A stretch of 64,000 bases of DNA from Tricharina praecox (Eukaryota): assembly GCF_024521635.1 (NCBI RefSeq), contig NW_026250409.1, positions 1,426,001 through 1,490,000 on the forward strand, in the 5' to 3' direction. Both the position numbers and the translations under genes were made by a program. Positions 28,224 through 41,126 of this stretch are shown piece by piece (the first letter of the stretch is position 1; each line of letters begins with the position of its first letter). A model generated the notes under the pieces. That model was not told the origin of the DNA and did no database searches. It saw only the letters and a program-made list of their open reading frames with translations.

Positions 28224-28963
28224 CACGGTGTATGTGTCGTCAGGCCAGATATACCGCGAAGATGATCCGGCAGCGTGTTGACTGGTGTCCGTACGGGCCT
28301 GAGTTGTGGATCCGGCGCTGGAATACCGGCGATTTCGTATCCCCCTCCCCACACCCAGGCTGGGCTACGCAGGTAACTACGCGGTTGCGGGGATGTATTG
28401 GAGCCAAATAAGATTCAAGTACCGACCTCGCATCTACAGCCAGGACCCATGACCCGGGACCCGGGTAAGCCGTACATTCCAGTGTCCAGTCTAGTCCCTC
28501 CGGACCGTCTGGGCCGAATCTCGGCAGACATTCCGAGACGCAGTGTCTACGCTGACGGATTGTCGGTAACTACCTATGTGTCCTTTCCTTGCTAGGTATG
28601 TTAAGAGTTTCGAATAAACAGCGGGCAGGCGGGCGGGCTGGCGGCCACATCGACATCCCGCAGTTCCTAGATTGCTCAGGACGGGGAAGAACTCGAGCCG
28701 CGAAGGGGTGTATAGAATTAGATGGCCGGACGGACGGGCCCAAAGATGGCCGCGCGCGCGCCGCAGTCGGGACTCGGGACGCACGGCCGGGAACCCGGGT
28801 ACGAGTGATGCATGGTGAGTTCGTCGTCGAGAAGCATGAATGGCACCTGGAGAGGCAGAGTGAACCCCTCCAATGGAGACCTAGCATAACGCCGAGTTTT
28901 TGTTACAGATAGGTGCGCGGAAGCCGGTTTCGTAGTTCGCCAGATCTACTATAGTCCCCCCAG

Positions 28964-29507
28964 CAGTGTTCTCCATCGTCCGGTCCAGGCGGCCGTCCGG
29001 ACGGAACGGACGGCCAATACGCCGTCGCTTACGAGCCTGAGACGGACGGTTGCAAAAGTTTTCCGTCCGGTCCGATGTGGTACCGGACGGGGTCGGTCCC
29101 CGTCCGACAGTGGAGGACGGCCGTCCAAGTCACATGAATATGATTCGGCTGATTGATAATTTCTTAGCACCGGTGTCCTATAAACAACCGCGTCAACTCA
29201 TCCCTCACCGCTCCACAAGCTGGGAAAAGTAGCAGTATTCTGACTCGGACGCGTAAGGTGCGGCGCCCGGCCCCTATCACAGCGCCCTAATCACCTAATC
29301 TCACTCGGACACCCAAGGTCCACGCCCGAAATCGGGTTCTTGTCCAAAGCTTGGCGGACGGCGGCCGACGGCCGTGCTGCGCCGTCCGTCTCATCCGTCC
29401 GCTGAAAAAACCTTGGCTGCCACGTCCTAGGTTCGGACGGACGGGAGTCATGCCGTCCGTCCTCGTCCGAGGCCCAGGATGAACGGACCGGACGATGGAG
29501 AACACTG
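28964..29507. mobile_element. Non-autonomous DNA transposon (MITE), hAT-like ends, 544 bp
   Basis: Perfect 23-bp terminal inverted repeats CAGTGTTCTCCATCGTCCGGTCC (28964-28986 and 29485-29507). Many subterminal GGACGG/CCGTCC motifs. No convincing target-site duplication (TSD). Confidence 0.8.
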
Positions 29508-29922
29508 GCCAGTCTTCGTATCATAACTTGTTTGGGTATGATGCTTCTTCGCATGGCTCTCTTTCCTATTTCAACGGTTCTAACCATCGAATAGATAGCC
29601 AATTCTCTTCGGTTCTCCTTGGTACGCCGTTTGTTTTTCGGAGTCACCATGGTGGAAGCCAAGGGGTTGCTCCATCGAGCCGACTCCTAAGCCCGGGACC
29701 GGACGTCAGACAGGATAGCCCGGAGTGTGTATATTGGACGATCTATTCTAGCTACCTAGCTCGCACGCAATCAATGTTTAAGCCACAAAAAGATACAGTC
29801 TAATCTCACGCCATGATTAAACAAACCAAACCAAAGCACAGCCCAAACTCACGAGCCTTCTCAGTTCCGGCGCCCTCTCTCCCGACGGTCGCCAGTACAT
29901 ACCGGCGCCTACCTTACCCGAT

Positions 29923-30018
29923 CAGTATTCAACATAGTCCAGTCCGTCCGTCCTGAGCCTCGGGCTAGACGGGACCAAATCTTGGCAGTCCGGACCGGAC
30001 TAAGTATGTCGAACACTG
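29923..30018. mobile_element. Miniature MITE with related CAGT(G/A)TTC ends, 96 bp
   Basis: Terminal inverted repeats CAGTATTCAACATA and TATGTCGAACACTG (2 transition mismatches); internal AGTCC/GGACT and CCGTCC motifs. Confidence 0.65.
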
Positions 30019-33008
30019 AATTATCCGATTGATCCCGTGATGCTCTGTGATCTGAACTGCTTTTAGGCGTAATGTAGTCAGCACCGAGAGGCAGAGGAAT
30101 TTGGGAGTAGGAAGACACGCATGAAACAGGGAGATTGTCCAGGTACTTTTGTTTGTAGCTGTAACTTGTATCCTAGAGGATTGGGTGCCCGTACATGCTA
30201 ATACTGGACACTGAACCTTAACTGTTCCAATGACGAAACATTGCCGGGAAATCATACTCCGGATATGCCGAGTTGTTCTTCTGTGTCATGTCTCTTGGTC
30301 AGAGCCTACGCGGTGGCATTCTCGAACTCGAAAGGCGAGAGCTGATTCCCACGATTGGCGCTGTGTTTCATTGGTGTCGTAGCGATGAGGTTCGATCGCC
30401 AAGTGTGATGTTGGACCTAAGGGAGAATAAGCGTTGAGGGAGGAGGGAGGAGGAAGGGTCCATCGGTCTAGACATTCCAAGCTTCGATCAGCGTTGATGC
30501 GCGAGTGCAGATCCATCAATGGATCACTCGGCCACGCTCTAAATACTCGAATGTCCGTGTGACGGAGTGACGGAGGAGCTGTCGGCGGGAGGAAAAGAAT
30601 ATGGTTAGTGTTGAGGTTCCGGCGGCGCCGTAGGTGGCCGAGTGATCGATGGTGGAGTGGTGGGAGCGGCGGCGGATAGCAGAGCCCAGATATGAGTTCG
30701 GCATCAAGAGCCTAGATGTGGACTCGGCACCAAGAGCCGAGTTTAGTCGGCATCGAAGTTTTCACTGTCTATATAACACACTATCCTTTCCATTGTATCA
30801 GTCTATTCATATTCGTATCAGCAGGTAGTAGTGCGCATCAAAATTGGTGGGCATCGCGGCGTCGGTCAAATGAGGAGGGGGGGAGGACTGAAACTAGCAC
30901 CCGCAGGTTTTCTTCTTCTTTCTTGATAATCATCTATCGAATAGGTAGACGGCCAACACTTCATCTTTGCCCTCTCCTCTGTGTGTGCTCCCTTTCTCGG
31001 CACGCCTGTCGGACGAGAGCACTGCCAAGGAGTCAAGAACTGGTACATGGGCGGGGGAATAATAGTTATGTAACCATGACTATTGAGTTTGGGGTGGAGT
31101 TTTGGATTTTGCGGACGACTGTATGTAGGTACGTTAATCACTCGGATGCATCATACGTTCAAATGCCAGGTAAACAGATTTACAAGACAAGATGCAAAAG
31201 CCGGTGCTATCTACCCTATTGTTTCCCCGAAACTGAGAGGGCTGTGGCGAACTGCTGTCTATAGTAATAATCCGATTTACCGTCGCGGACTGGTTGTTAA
31301 CCGTTGTTGGTCTGCAGGAACGGCGATTACACCGCTAAGCTGTTTGCGCGGATCTACTCTAGAAGACGGCCATCTAGCTAGCACAAATCATCTCAGCGTG
31401 CCATTTGAAATTACATAGTACATACCGGGCACCTCTATGCTCGTACGCGGGCTATATGATCCTCATATGATCTCCGGGTGATCTTTCATCAATCTAGTGG
31501 CGAGAACCGGACGGAAGTCCGTCGATTTGGTAGCGTAGGTATGGTTCATTGCGCCCGCAATGATCCGCCCGATCCAGGTTCATGGCCTGTTCTCTTTCTC
31601 TATATACTTCCTATGTCTTCCTGGGATACCGTATATTAAAGACTTAGGTATCTTCGGGTGGCGGGAATGTTGCGGCAACTTGCAAGGCCGAATGAGCGAG
31701 AGCTAGGATGGCCCATGGAATAACGTACCTACCGTACCCTGTATGCCATCTCGGGAGGCGACCATGAGGCGTAGCAAACGGTTTCCGGAGCTGGAACCAG
31801 AGCTTGACCTCGCGCTAGTGACCTGGCCATGTGGAGTTTACTAGTAGAGAAAGGTGGAAACATCGAATTGTCTTACTAGGATTGAACGGGGAAGCTTTCT
31901 GGGCGGAGTATCGGTTCTATGTAGGAGCAGTAGTTAATCGGTCGTGAAGTTTGAAGGGTAGTGAGGCCAGGAAGTATGAAGTTGCTGAAGCGTGAAGAAC
32001 CACTACGGATGCTTGCGACAGTATTCGGCCTCCGGGATTCGCTCCGGCGTTTCGAACTCCTGATCTACGGTAGTGGGGAAACAGAAGCTCCATATCCCGA
32101 TTACCATCTCCATCACCATGACACCATCTCGGCCCCCAGTGAGTGCAGTTGTTTAAAGCTAAGCTTACATCCCTCCCGTAATCTCATCCACTCCACCGCT
32201 AAAGTTGAGTACATAGAGCACCAGTTCCACGTTCCACGTTTGGCACTCGCCCCTGGTTCCCGGTCGTCGGATCTCTGTGGCCAGATTTAGATAGGTACAT
32301 ACTCTGAGAGTGAGACATCCTGTCGCATCAACGACATCCCTCTTCCCGGGTACATATGTACTCTCGTCGAGCACATAGTTACTGCATAGAACAAACATAA
32401 TCACGTTTCGAATGATGGGTGGTGGGAATGAAGCGCCGCTGACTGTGGATCCGGGAATCAATAGCTCTGCCGAAAACACACGCGAGCCGGTAACTTAGTA
32501 CTCTCTCGCCAAGGCATACGCGTAGTTATGTGCACGTCCCCCTTATCCTCCGGTGGATTGAATGGAAGGAAAAAAAATCTCGCGCACGCATTGGAGCCGC
32601 CGGCACGATCGACCTCCGAGTAGAGCTGAGCCCCCTCCACCCACTTACCGATGATTTCTAATGGCTGGGTAGGTTTCATTGAGATTATCGAACATAGGAA
32701 GTAGGTAAGCTGAAGTTGTCATTGCACGTTGAATGACGGAGTTTTTGATATGAGCCATAAAAAATTGCTCATCGTCGTGACGTGATGCCAGAATCAAAAC
32801 CCCGTAATGTATATGAGTGTGTGTAGTATACTGCCCCATATTTCAAACAGTGAAAACGAAAGAAAAAAGAAGAGAAAATTCCATAGGCCATGAAAGAAAT
32901 AAAAACACCCATTGCATCCAATCCAGCCCCATGCCCGTAGTGCGCCATAAAACAAGCCAAAAACCAAAAGTAAACAGATGCCAATCATAACGAGCGAGTA
33001 TGTAATGC

Positions 33009-34590
33009 CTATAGCCATTGTGTATGATCATTTGTCATGCGATAATCCTTCGACCGCTGCTCAAGCTCGAGCTCCTCTCTCGTCGGCGTGCCAGGCGGTC
33101 TCCTGGTCATGTCCTTCTCGGTGTTTACCAGCTCCACATAGCTATTGAAAGAGAAGCGCTCATCCTTCAGCACCGCGGCGCCGGGCATCCGCGTCGTCGG
33201 CGGCGGCGGGGTGTTGACTTCCGTTAATGACTCTAGCGGAATCGTATTCGATGGTCGCCGCGGCTTCGATAACCGCCGCTGGAAACTTTGCCGCCGGAAG
33301 AGATCGCTGAGAGAGTCGCGCGTGCGGGATCGTGTCCCCTCGGCATCGCTGGTGTCGCCGCCGCCGCCGCCGCTGCGCTCCTTTTCGGAGCGTACGGCAC
33401 TGCTGAGAAGGCCCGGTAGGACGCGACCGAAGAGCGTTTTTAACGACGGGAGGGAGGCAGTGGTGATACTGATGGTGGCTTCCAGTTGGCCCCAGATTGT
33501 TGGGTCAATTCCGTCCCCTAGGATATTCCGTCAATGACTTTTCTTTTATGGGGAGGCCTGGAGAGCATACAAGAGGCTTCATAAGAGCTTGTCCATTTCG
33601 GAATGTACACCATCCTGACCATGGAGCAGATGCACGCCACTCCTCCGAGACAGAACATCAACACGACGGCGCTCTTCTTCTGCCACGACATTTGCAGGCC
33701 GACCACCATCCAGATGGGCAGGGCCAGCAGTGCCACATCCGATACCACATGGATTCCCGAGGTGATGTAGTAGAATGGGCCGTAGTCGAGACATGTCGAA
33801 TCCGGATGCAGTCGCAAGGAGAGGTTGAAGCCAGATGCGACGGGAGAGCATTGGAAGACGTAGGCGAAGACGCAGCTGAGGGCGAAGGCTATGTGGAAGG
33901 CAAAGTATCCGTAGATGGTGTATCGAAGTCCCGGTTTGCAGTGCGGTCCGGCTAAACGCTGTACGAAGAATATGATGGACATTTTGACGAAGAAAATTGC
34001 TATTGCGTATATGACCGCGTGAGGAATGATCAACTATCGCAAAAAAAAAACTGTCAACGAGGGTTCATCTTCGATCCCCCTCCCAGCCGAGTGGATCCTA
34101 TACCTTGGTTCCTTCAACAGCTTCTTTGTATGTCACGTCCCATCCATGCTTCCCGAGTCCGCCAACATATGCTGTGCAAATGTTGTTCACGGTCAAGCCA
34201 GCGGCGAATAACTAACGGTGATGTCAACAAACAGACCCCTCTGCCCCCTGGACATAATCCGAGCGTCCAGTACCCCAGTGCCCAACGAACCGTAGCGGGT
34301 ATAATCATCCAATCATCCATCCCCAACCAGCCAGACACGATCCTCCTCGTCACCAGCCTTGCTATCGCCACGACCAGAGTGATGCTCATCGATACGACGC
34401 ATACGATCAAGATCTCGGATTGTCGATTTTCCGGCACGTATCCTTCAAAGAAGCTCGGTGGTATGAATCCCTTCGGGAAAGCATGCATTCCCGCCGCCTG
34501 TCCCTGTGATATGGCTATCAACGCCGCATATCCTGTCGGTGCCGTCCATGTCGATGTTGTCGTTGATGTTGTCGACGTCGGCGAGGCCAT
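33009..34590 (-). CDS. PTH11-like (fungal rhodopsin-domain) integral membrane protein without CFEM; 4 exons
   Basis: Motifs ARL..R....GMDDW, GLGKHGWDV, FVKMSI..F..RL, FQCSPV, SDVALLALPI..V..LQM..KK, W..LE....ASLPSLK, followed by a disordered C-terminal tail. Donors GTTCGT, GTATAG and GTATGC with in-frame acceptors. Confidence 0.9.
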
Positions 34591-37500
34591 CGTGGGGGCC
34601 GTCGTAGTGACTGAATATCGAATTCGTAGGGTAGTAACCAGCCGTTATATGTACCTAATATCCAAGTAGATGGAAACGGGGGAGGAGATGGGCGGGTGTG
34701 GGGTGGGCCGCCTTTATTGAAGGCCGGCAAGCGGGGAACCGTTAATCATTCACACCTCTCCCGCAAGGATATGAGAAACTTGGGAGCTTATGTATCAGCG
34801 CCAGAACCTGTCCCCCCCCCCATTTCCCCGTAACTACTCTACTCTTGCGCTTCACGCCGCCAAGTCCATGCAATTCCAGTCCGTTGATTATTCTTCCCCG
34901 GATTCCAGCTGCTCGCACCTCGTACAACCCAGCTCGAGCCGACCTGCTTGCTTCCGTAAGACCAGATGGAACCTAGCCCCGATCCATCACTTTTTTCTTT
35001 CTTTTTTTCTTTCTCTGGGGGGTGGGAGGGGGCAGTGTACGCGTTCGCTTCTCGTCGGGCGTCTATATATCCAATGCATATCGCAGCGAGCCAAGCACGA
35101 TAAGGCCTCGGCTGAGGTAGGCCCCCCAGGCCTACATAGGAGGGTGGTTACGGAGATCTGAGAGCGATATCACCACGACATATAGGTAGCTCACTCACCT
35201 GCATTGTCGATCGCTGTTGATGGGACCGAAGACGTGGAGAAGGAGGTGCGGATTTGCAATCTTTCCCTACGTACGAGGTATGTACGTACTCTACTATATC
35301 GTGTCAACTCTCGTTTCAGAGATCAACGAAGTTGTACTATAGTTACCAAAGCCCCCCGCACGGTCCAGCAGCACCAGCACCAGCACTCGGCGCGAACATT
35401 CGGGGGAATTCATCTCGCTCCAGAAATCACGTATGATCCACCAGGCGTCCAGACCGTTCTCCTTCTCACGATATCCCACCGACATCTCCGAACTACGGCG
35501 CCAACAATCTCGAAATGAACCGAGACGTCGCTTGGGAGCGCCAAGGTCGACTATTAATCCTCCATCAACGCGGACGTCGAGTATTTGGTTACCGCAAACG
35601 CATGTATGTCTGAGACTTTAGTGTCAGTCATGATGGGTAAATACCATAGGGCTTGGCTACGTTGCCTGTTCGCGACTAGAGTCAGCACGTAGTTACCGGT
35701 ACTCTAGTTGGCTGGGATGACAGGTGGCCCCACATCGGTTGGTGTTTGACGGCCGACCTACCGCAGATTCCAGTTCATCCTGTGGTCCATCAAAGTGGAA
35801 CACAGTTGGTTGGTTAGTTACCATCTCATAGGAAGCAAGGCTTCATGCAACTTCGCCAGAGAGGATGGTTACTCGCCCACCCAGCAAGTCGAGCAACCTA
35901 CCGTAGTTACATATCTCCCACGTTGACTGCGGGTTTACCGCCCGCTGCTGCTGCTTCAGCTGACGGAAAGGGGCCATCGCGGTGCGGCAGATGGGGTATA
36001 GCAGTTACTGGGTGCACTGCCGTTCGACCGCATGTTCAAAGCGACGGAGTGAACACCCACAGTGAGCCGAGAACATGGAGCACATATTTGAGCTGAATGT
36101 CGGAGTGCACACCGCCTTCGGGATCTGTCTAGACAGTCAGGCAGAACCACTGGGGGTTGGGAAACTCGAGAAACTCCTGTCCGGCATCCACCAGTTTCGT
36201 CCATCTAGGTACTTTTTACTGTCGGGTTAGCCTATGTAGTGAGGCGTCGCCTAAACCACGGTACTAGTAAAGAGCTAAAGTGCTAGCTACCGTCCCGAGG
36301 TGGGGGGAGAACTAAATCCATACATACAGCTCTGGACATCTTCTCACTAGATATACCCATAGTACTCTGCCTAGGCTCTATAGTAATCAGAGTAGGTATG
36401 TAGAGTGGATTTCCATAACCACAAGCGTGGGCTCTAGGAAGGTAACTATTAGTATTATTTAGCATCCCAAGCAAATGCCTCTTCTCGAATCGACATCTGT
36501 CGCTTACCACAGCAGAAGACCCAGCCGTGCTTCACGGAACAGTCCTACTTGACCCTCCCCTCTAGCCGTCGGGGGAGGTGGAGACTCTGATTCTCCCGTC
36601 CCATGGGATGCCTTTTTAATCATCCGGCACACTTATACATATGGTACCTAAGCGGCCGCATAGTCTTCCATTCCTCAGCTTCCAGTGGGCTCACTTTTCG
36701 ACCAGACTCCCAGACCCCATGTTCGAGCGACACTTCGGTTAGACAAGAACAGATATCTCAGCCAAGCCGCCGGGTTCTCGGAGTTCGGTAGATATCGTCC
36801 ATGCAGGAGGCGAATCCTTGCGACATGCGACTGCAACTTGAGATGAGTTTCGGAGGGAGGTGTGTGGAAGCAGAGGTGGAGGCGGAAGTAGAGGTGGAGG
36901 TGGAGGACCGACGGGCGGAGCTGGTTACTGTTTCTGGCAATGGTGGTGAGTTTGCTCGACGGGGCGGTGCCGATAATGTTGATTCATCATTCCCGTGAAG
37001 CCGAGATCGATTCCTGGCAATGAAGAGAAGTGCACAAGGTACGTATAACGGTATCACAGGTGTCTTCAGGCTTCTGCACATTAGCAGTCGGGCTCCTCTC
37101 GCACGTGGACTACGCATGGCAACCGCCTGTCGTCCTCCTAGCGACTGCACGTCCATGTCCGCCATGCCATGCACTCTCACCCTCCCCTTCTTCGGCCGCC
37201 CAGCTCGCTAAACAACGGTCAACCAAGCCCCCGACCGCCGAACTCCCCTCTTCCTTCCCCGCAAAACCAACCGCACTGCAGTGCCTAAACAAAATAGGTA
37301 ACAGACTCCAGAGTGCCAAATCTTCCAAATGAAACTCTCGACTTCGGGCTGTATGTAAGCTCGGTGATCCCGACACTTTACTGGATGACTTCACAATCTA
37401 CCGCACTCCATGGCCCCCAAAACGGTACCTAGCATAGGTAGGCTTGGCCTTGGCGGCCGGTAAATTGTGAAGATATCTTCTCCCGAGTCCCCTACTCTGA

Positions 37501-37906
37501 TAGTTACAGGCAAACGGCCAAACGGCCAAGCAAACTGTCGAATTGCCAAACTACCCAGGCAACCAGTCTTTGGTGTTGGCGATGACGACCTCGAAGGAAG
37601 GCCGGTCGACTGCGCGTTATATGTCAGTATATTATCTCTATGTTACCCATCAACCATGTGGACATGTTCCCCAGGGTATCACGAGCTCGGTTGATATCTG
37701 TAAGAAGAAGGCAGGCATTGGAGATACCGAGGCATCGGGTGAAAGAAGAAAAAAACTTATTTCTTTAATGCAATTACTTCGGGATACATCGAGGAAGTAC
37801 CATACACTGTTTATATGTTTGATCGTAACGATAGGTGTGTACAGTGCGGCGCCGTGATGCCAAGCGATAATAGGACAGTCGTCAGGTATTCACATATTCG
37901 CACTCG

Positions 37907-38640
37907 TGTTGCGCAGTGTCAAGCTCGATGTAATTTGGACTCATTCTTTCCGTTGTTATTGCGTAGGTGGTTATTCAGTCATGGCGATGGCGGGGGCACT
38001 AGCCACCCATCAGCCTTCTTGTATGTCCTGTCGCTCGAGGCCTTCAGACTTTTTCAATATCTATTCATTCATACTTTCTATGGGCCCTGTCCAGCGCTAT
38101 CAAAACAGTATCTTCCCATACAATCACCCATCGCTCCCCGCATTACCAACCATGTCCAACCCTGAGATGTACAATTCCAAGTACGGATCCATCGACAAAC
38201 TTTCTTCGACCAATTACGATACCGGTACTTGGAAGCCCCGCATATCCGCAATCCTCTCAGCAATGCTCGCACTAAAGATTGTTACCGGCGAAGAAACCGG
38301 GAACGCCCTGCCCGCCGGAAACTCCGCTGCGAATGTCGCGAAACAAGAAAGCTTCGGAAGCGGCAAGCTCTTGCCACCACCGTCATCCTACTATCCTGCA
38401 CCCACCGCAACCATTCACAAGAAATGTCGTTTCAAGGATTCGAAGTAAGGACTCCTTATTCTCCAGGGCTAGTGACAGGTGGACAGGTCAGGGTAATGCT
38501 AACCAGTAGTTCAGGTACTTGCCCGCAACAACAGCCCGCTCATCGAGGAGCTATCTCTAACTGCGCCGGACATCGCATCAGATCCTATCGATCCTATCCT
38601 ACTCCAGCAGACACAGACGTGAAATCTTCAGTTGGCATCA
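37907..38640 (+). mobile_element. Degenerate Ty1/copia LTR-retrotransposon relic (putative 5' LTR, primer-binding site, broken gag)
   Basis: Starts TGTTG at 37907. TATGGGCCC at 38079-38087 resembles the copia/Ty5-type GGTTATGGGCCC primer-binding site. ATG 38152 opens a gag-like N-terminus (KLSSTNYD..WKPRISAILSAMLALKIVTGEE) that is then frameshifted. No pol or 3' LTR seen. Confidence 0.55.
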
Positions 38641-38965
38641 GACTCAGGTTCACCCTCGGTACCATCACTGGTAGCAACTAAGGACCGCCGTTCCGGCATC
38701 CCTCTGGCAGTCGAAGGCGACAAAGCAATTGCCTCTCAACGAATAACAGTTGATAGGGTTCTCGGCAACCTCATACCTAGCTGGTGATGAGGTTAAGATC
38801 ACTAAAACGAAGGAGATGGAGGTGGAGAGAGATTATCTCGGCATACCTCTCCCGCCGGAACGACATGCGAGTTCAGCTGGCCGGAACCGAAGGAGCTATA
38901 TTGACGGAAAGTTCTATACTATACTCTCCTCACTACTCTGCTTTACGTGAGTAAACATACAACAC

Positions 38966-39046
38966 GACTCAGTAGTGTAGGGGTATCATGGGCGCTTGCC
39001 AGCCAGCATTCTGCGCCCGACCCGGGTTCAAATCCCGGCTGAATCA
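38966..39046 (+). tRNA. tRNA-Gly(GCC)-like gene with a 10-nt intron (copy 2; C3-A70 mismatch)
   Basis: Same cloverleaf as copy 1 except the 5' end is GACTCAG and the intron is GCCAGCATTC. T-run at about 39068. Confidence 0.8.
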
Positions 39047-39260
39047 TAATTATTGTTTGCTTACAAATTTTTTTTCAATCATCACTGCATTCGGCGTTGG
39101 TGGACAGATCATGTCAAAGATAAGCTTTATACATGTAACGGTTCGCGATACCGTTTCCCCCGAGCTCGAACAGCGTCCTCACGCCGAGTCCACCGATACT
39201 ATTTCCCCAAAGCTCGAACAGAGATCACGCCCTTTCATTCCCGCATTTCGGTTCGGCCAC

Positions 39261-40113
39261 CATGAACTCCAGTTTTTCAATCGACCCTCTTCTTTCCGGG
39301 CCGCCATCCACCCCACCCTCTTACCAACTTCCTCACCTTGCAATCTCGCAGCGCCCTCACGCCGAGTGCACCGATACCGTTTCGCCCGAGCCCGAACAGC
39401 GTCCTCGCGCCCAGTCCACCGATGCCGATGCCATAGAAATCCCAGCGCCAGAGATTTCGGAAATAAAGACCAGAACTGCGTTGCGCGACGAGGATACTAA
39501 GGCACGATTGGCCAAACAATCAAGCTGTGCGTCAACAACTTCGAGGACTACCTGCAAACCAAGCGGAACGACGACTTCATGGACCGGACGCAAGCGACAT
39601 TTGCGGCGCAGCCTGGGTTGGATGTGTCTGTGAAAAAACACCATTGTCGCCTTTGCCTTGTCCAACGGTGAATGAGCCCTTTCACAGACACATCCAATCC
39701 AGTCTGCGCAGCGAATGTTACCTGCATCCAGTCCATGAAGTCGTCCTTCCGCTTGGTTTGCAGGTAGTCCTCGAAGTTGTTAACGCACAGTTTGGCCAAT
39801 TGTGCCTTAGTATCCTCGTCGCGCAACGCAGTTCTGGTCTTTGTTTCCGAAATCTCTGTCGCTGGGATTTCTATGACTTCGGCATCGGTAGACTCGGCGT
39901 GGGGACGCTGTTCGAGACCGGGGGAAACGGGATCGCGAACTGTTATGTATAAAGCAAGGTAGGTAGGCTGTCAGGGCGGGCTGCTGTACATACCGGTAGA
40001 GTATCTCTATCGCTACCAGGTTGTGAGATGAAGAAGCTGGTACATAGGAGGGTGGGGTGGATGGCAGGGCGGAAAAAGAGGAAGAGAGTCGATTGAAAAA
40101 ACTCGAGTTCATG
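39261..40113. repeat. Long imperfect inverted repeat (fold-back duplication of a pseudogene fragment), spacer 39636-39679
   Basis: 39372-39635 is the reverse complement of about 39680-39935, and about 39261-39350 is the reverse complement of about 40010-40113. Both arms encode related peptides (IEIPA.EISE.KTRTALRDEDTKA.LAK, LCVNNFEDYLQTKR). Confidence 0.9.
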
Positions 40114-40393
40114 TCTATAGTGGAAGTTGTGGGCTGTGGCCGAGAAATTTTTCTCCGTTAGAGAATTTGGCCGACCGCTGAAGTTTGTTCCGTTCATGAG
40201 CACGGACATTTACAGAACCTCCCGTTTTGCTGTGCTTGTCAACGTGAACGCAACTCGCTTAGATAATCCAACAATGATGTGGCGAGCGGTCGGAGCTTGT
40301 GGACACAGCATGTCTAGTGCAAACACAGCTGCACCAGCCACACGAGGTCCGACCGGCGACTGCTCGGCACATCATGTTGGATGAGCGAGTATA

Positions 40394-40612
40394 CCTGCAT
40401 CTACTCGTTCATAAGATACAACCGCTCAACATTCTGAATGAGCTTGCCGAGTGGCAATCGAAGTCCATTCACCACTTTCGTCGCCATTTGAGCACGATCT
40501 CTTGTACAAAGCACCATACAGCCCTCGGTCGCCGCGCTCGTGCCACCCGTTTCCACTCGGCAAGCTCATTCAGAATGTTGAGCGGTTGTGTCTTATGAAC
40601 GAGTAGATACGG
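40394..40612. mobile_element. pogo/Tc2-like (Tc1/mariner superfamily) MITE, about 219 bp
   Basis: 56-bp inverted repeats with 1 mismatch (40399-40454 and 40553-40608). The right end reads CCGTATCTACTCGTTCATAAGAC inward. TA flanks both sides. Confidence 0.75.
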
Positions 40613-41126
40613 TATAGCATTCACGTTGACGAGCCTAGAGTTCTACAGAACCTCCCTACAATGTAGGTATATACCTGGTTACCTCGATACTCCAGATATT
40701 ACTACACTACATATTCGTTTCCACCCGGTATGTTTTGCTCAAGTCTCAAGAACCGAGTATGTGTGTATGGGTAGCTCACTGTAGAACCTCGATAATTTGG
40801 TCATATATAACTTCTTCACTCACTTCACTCACTTCCCCCTTCCTTATGCAGCATCATATCATATCCCTTCCTCACTTCCTCACTTCCTCACTACTTGTAG
40901 AATAGATAAAAAAACTCATCCATATCCATATCCCTCCATTCCTTCCCAGTTCCGACAGAATAAACGAACCAGAATAAACGAACCAGAATAAACGAAACAG
41001 GATATACCAGCTATGTGTATAAAAACGCCCTCCCATGCAACGCATCGCTAAACAGAGTTTCCTGGGTAATAAACAATAATCATCAAATACTAATACAATC
41101 CAATCCAATCCCCCCTTCCTTCCCAC

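Noticed and set aside
28420..28810. Third MITE suggested by ACCCGGG and GGACGG motifs
   Set aside because: I could not define matching termini; at most older transposon debris.
12233..34590. Secondary-metabolite cluster (monooxygenase, dehydrogenase, PTH11-like protein)
   Set aside because: No PKS, NRPS or terpene core gene and no cluster transcription factor; the genes are 7-11 kb apart.
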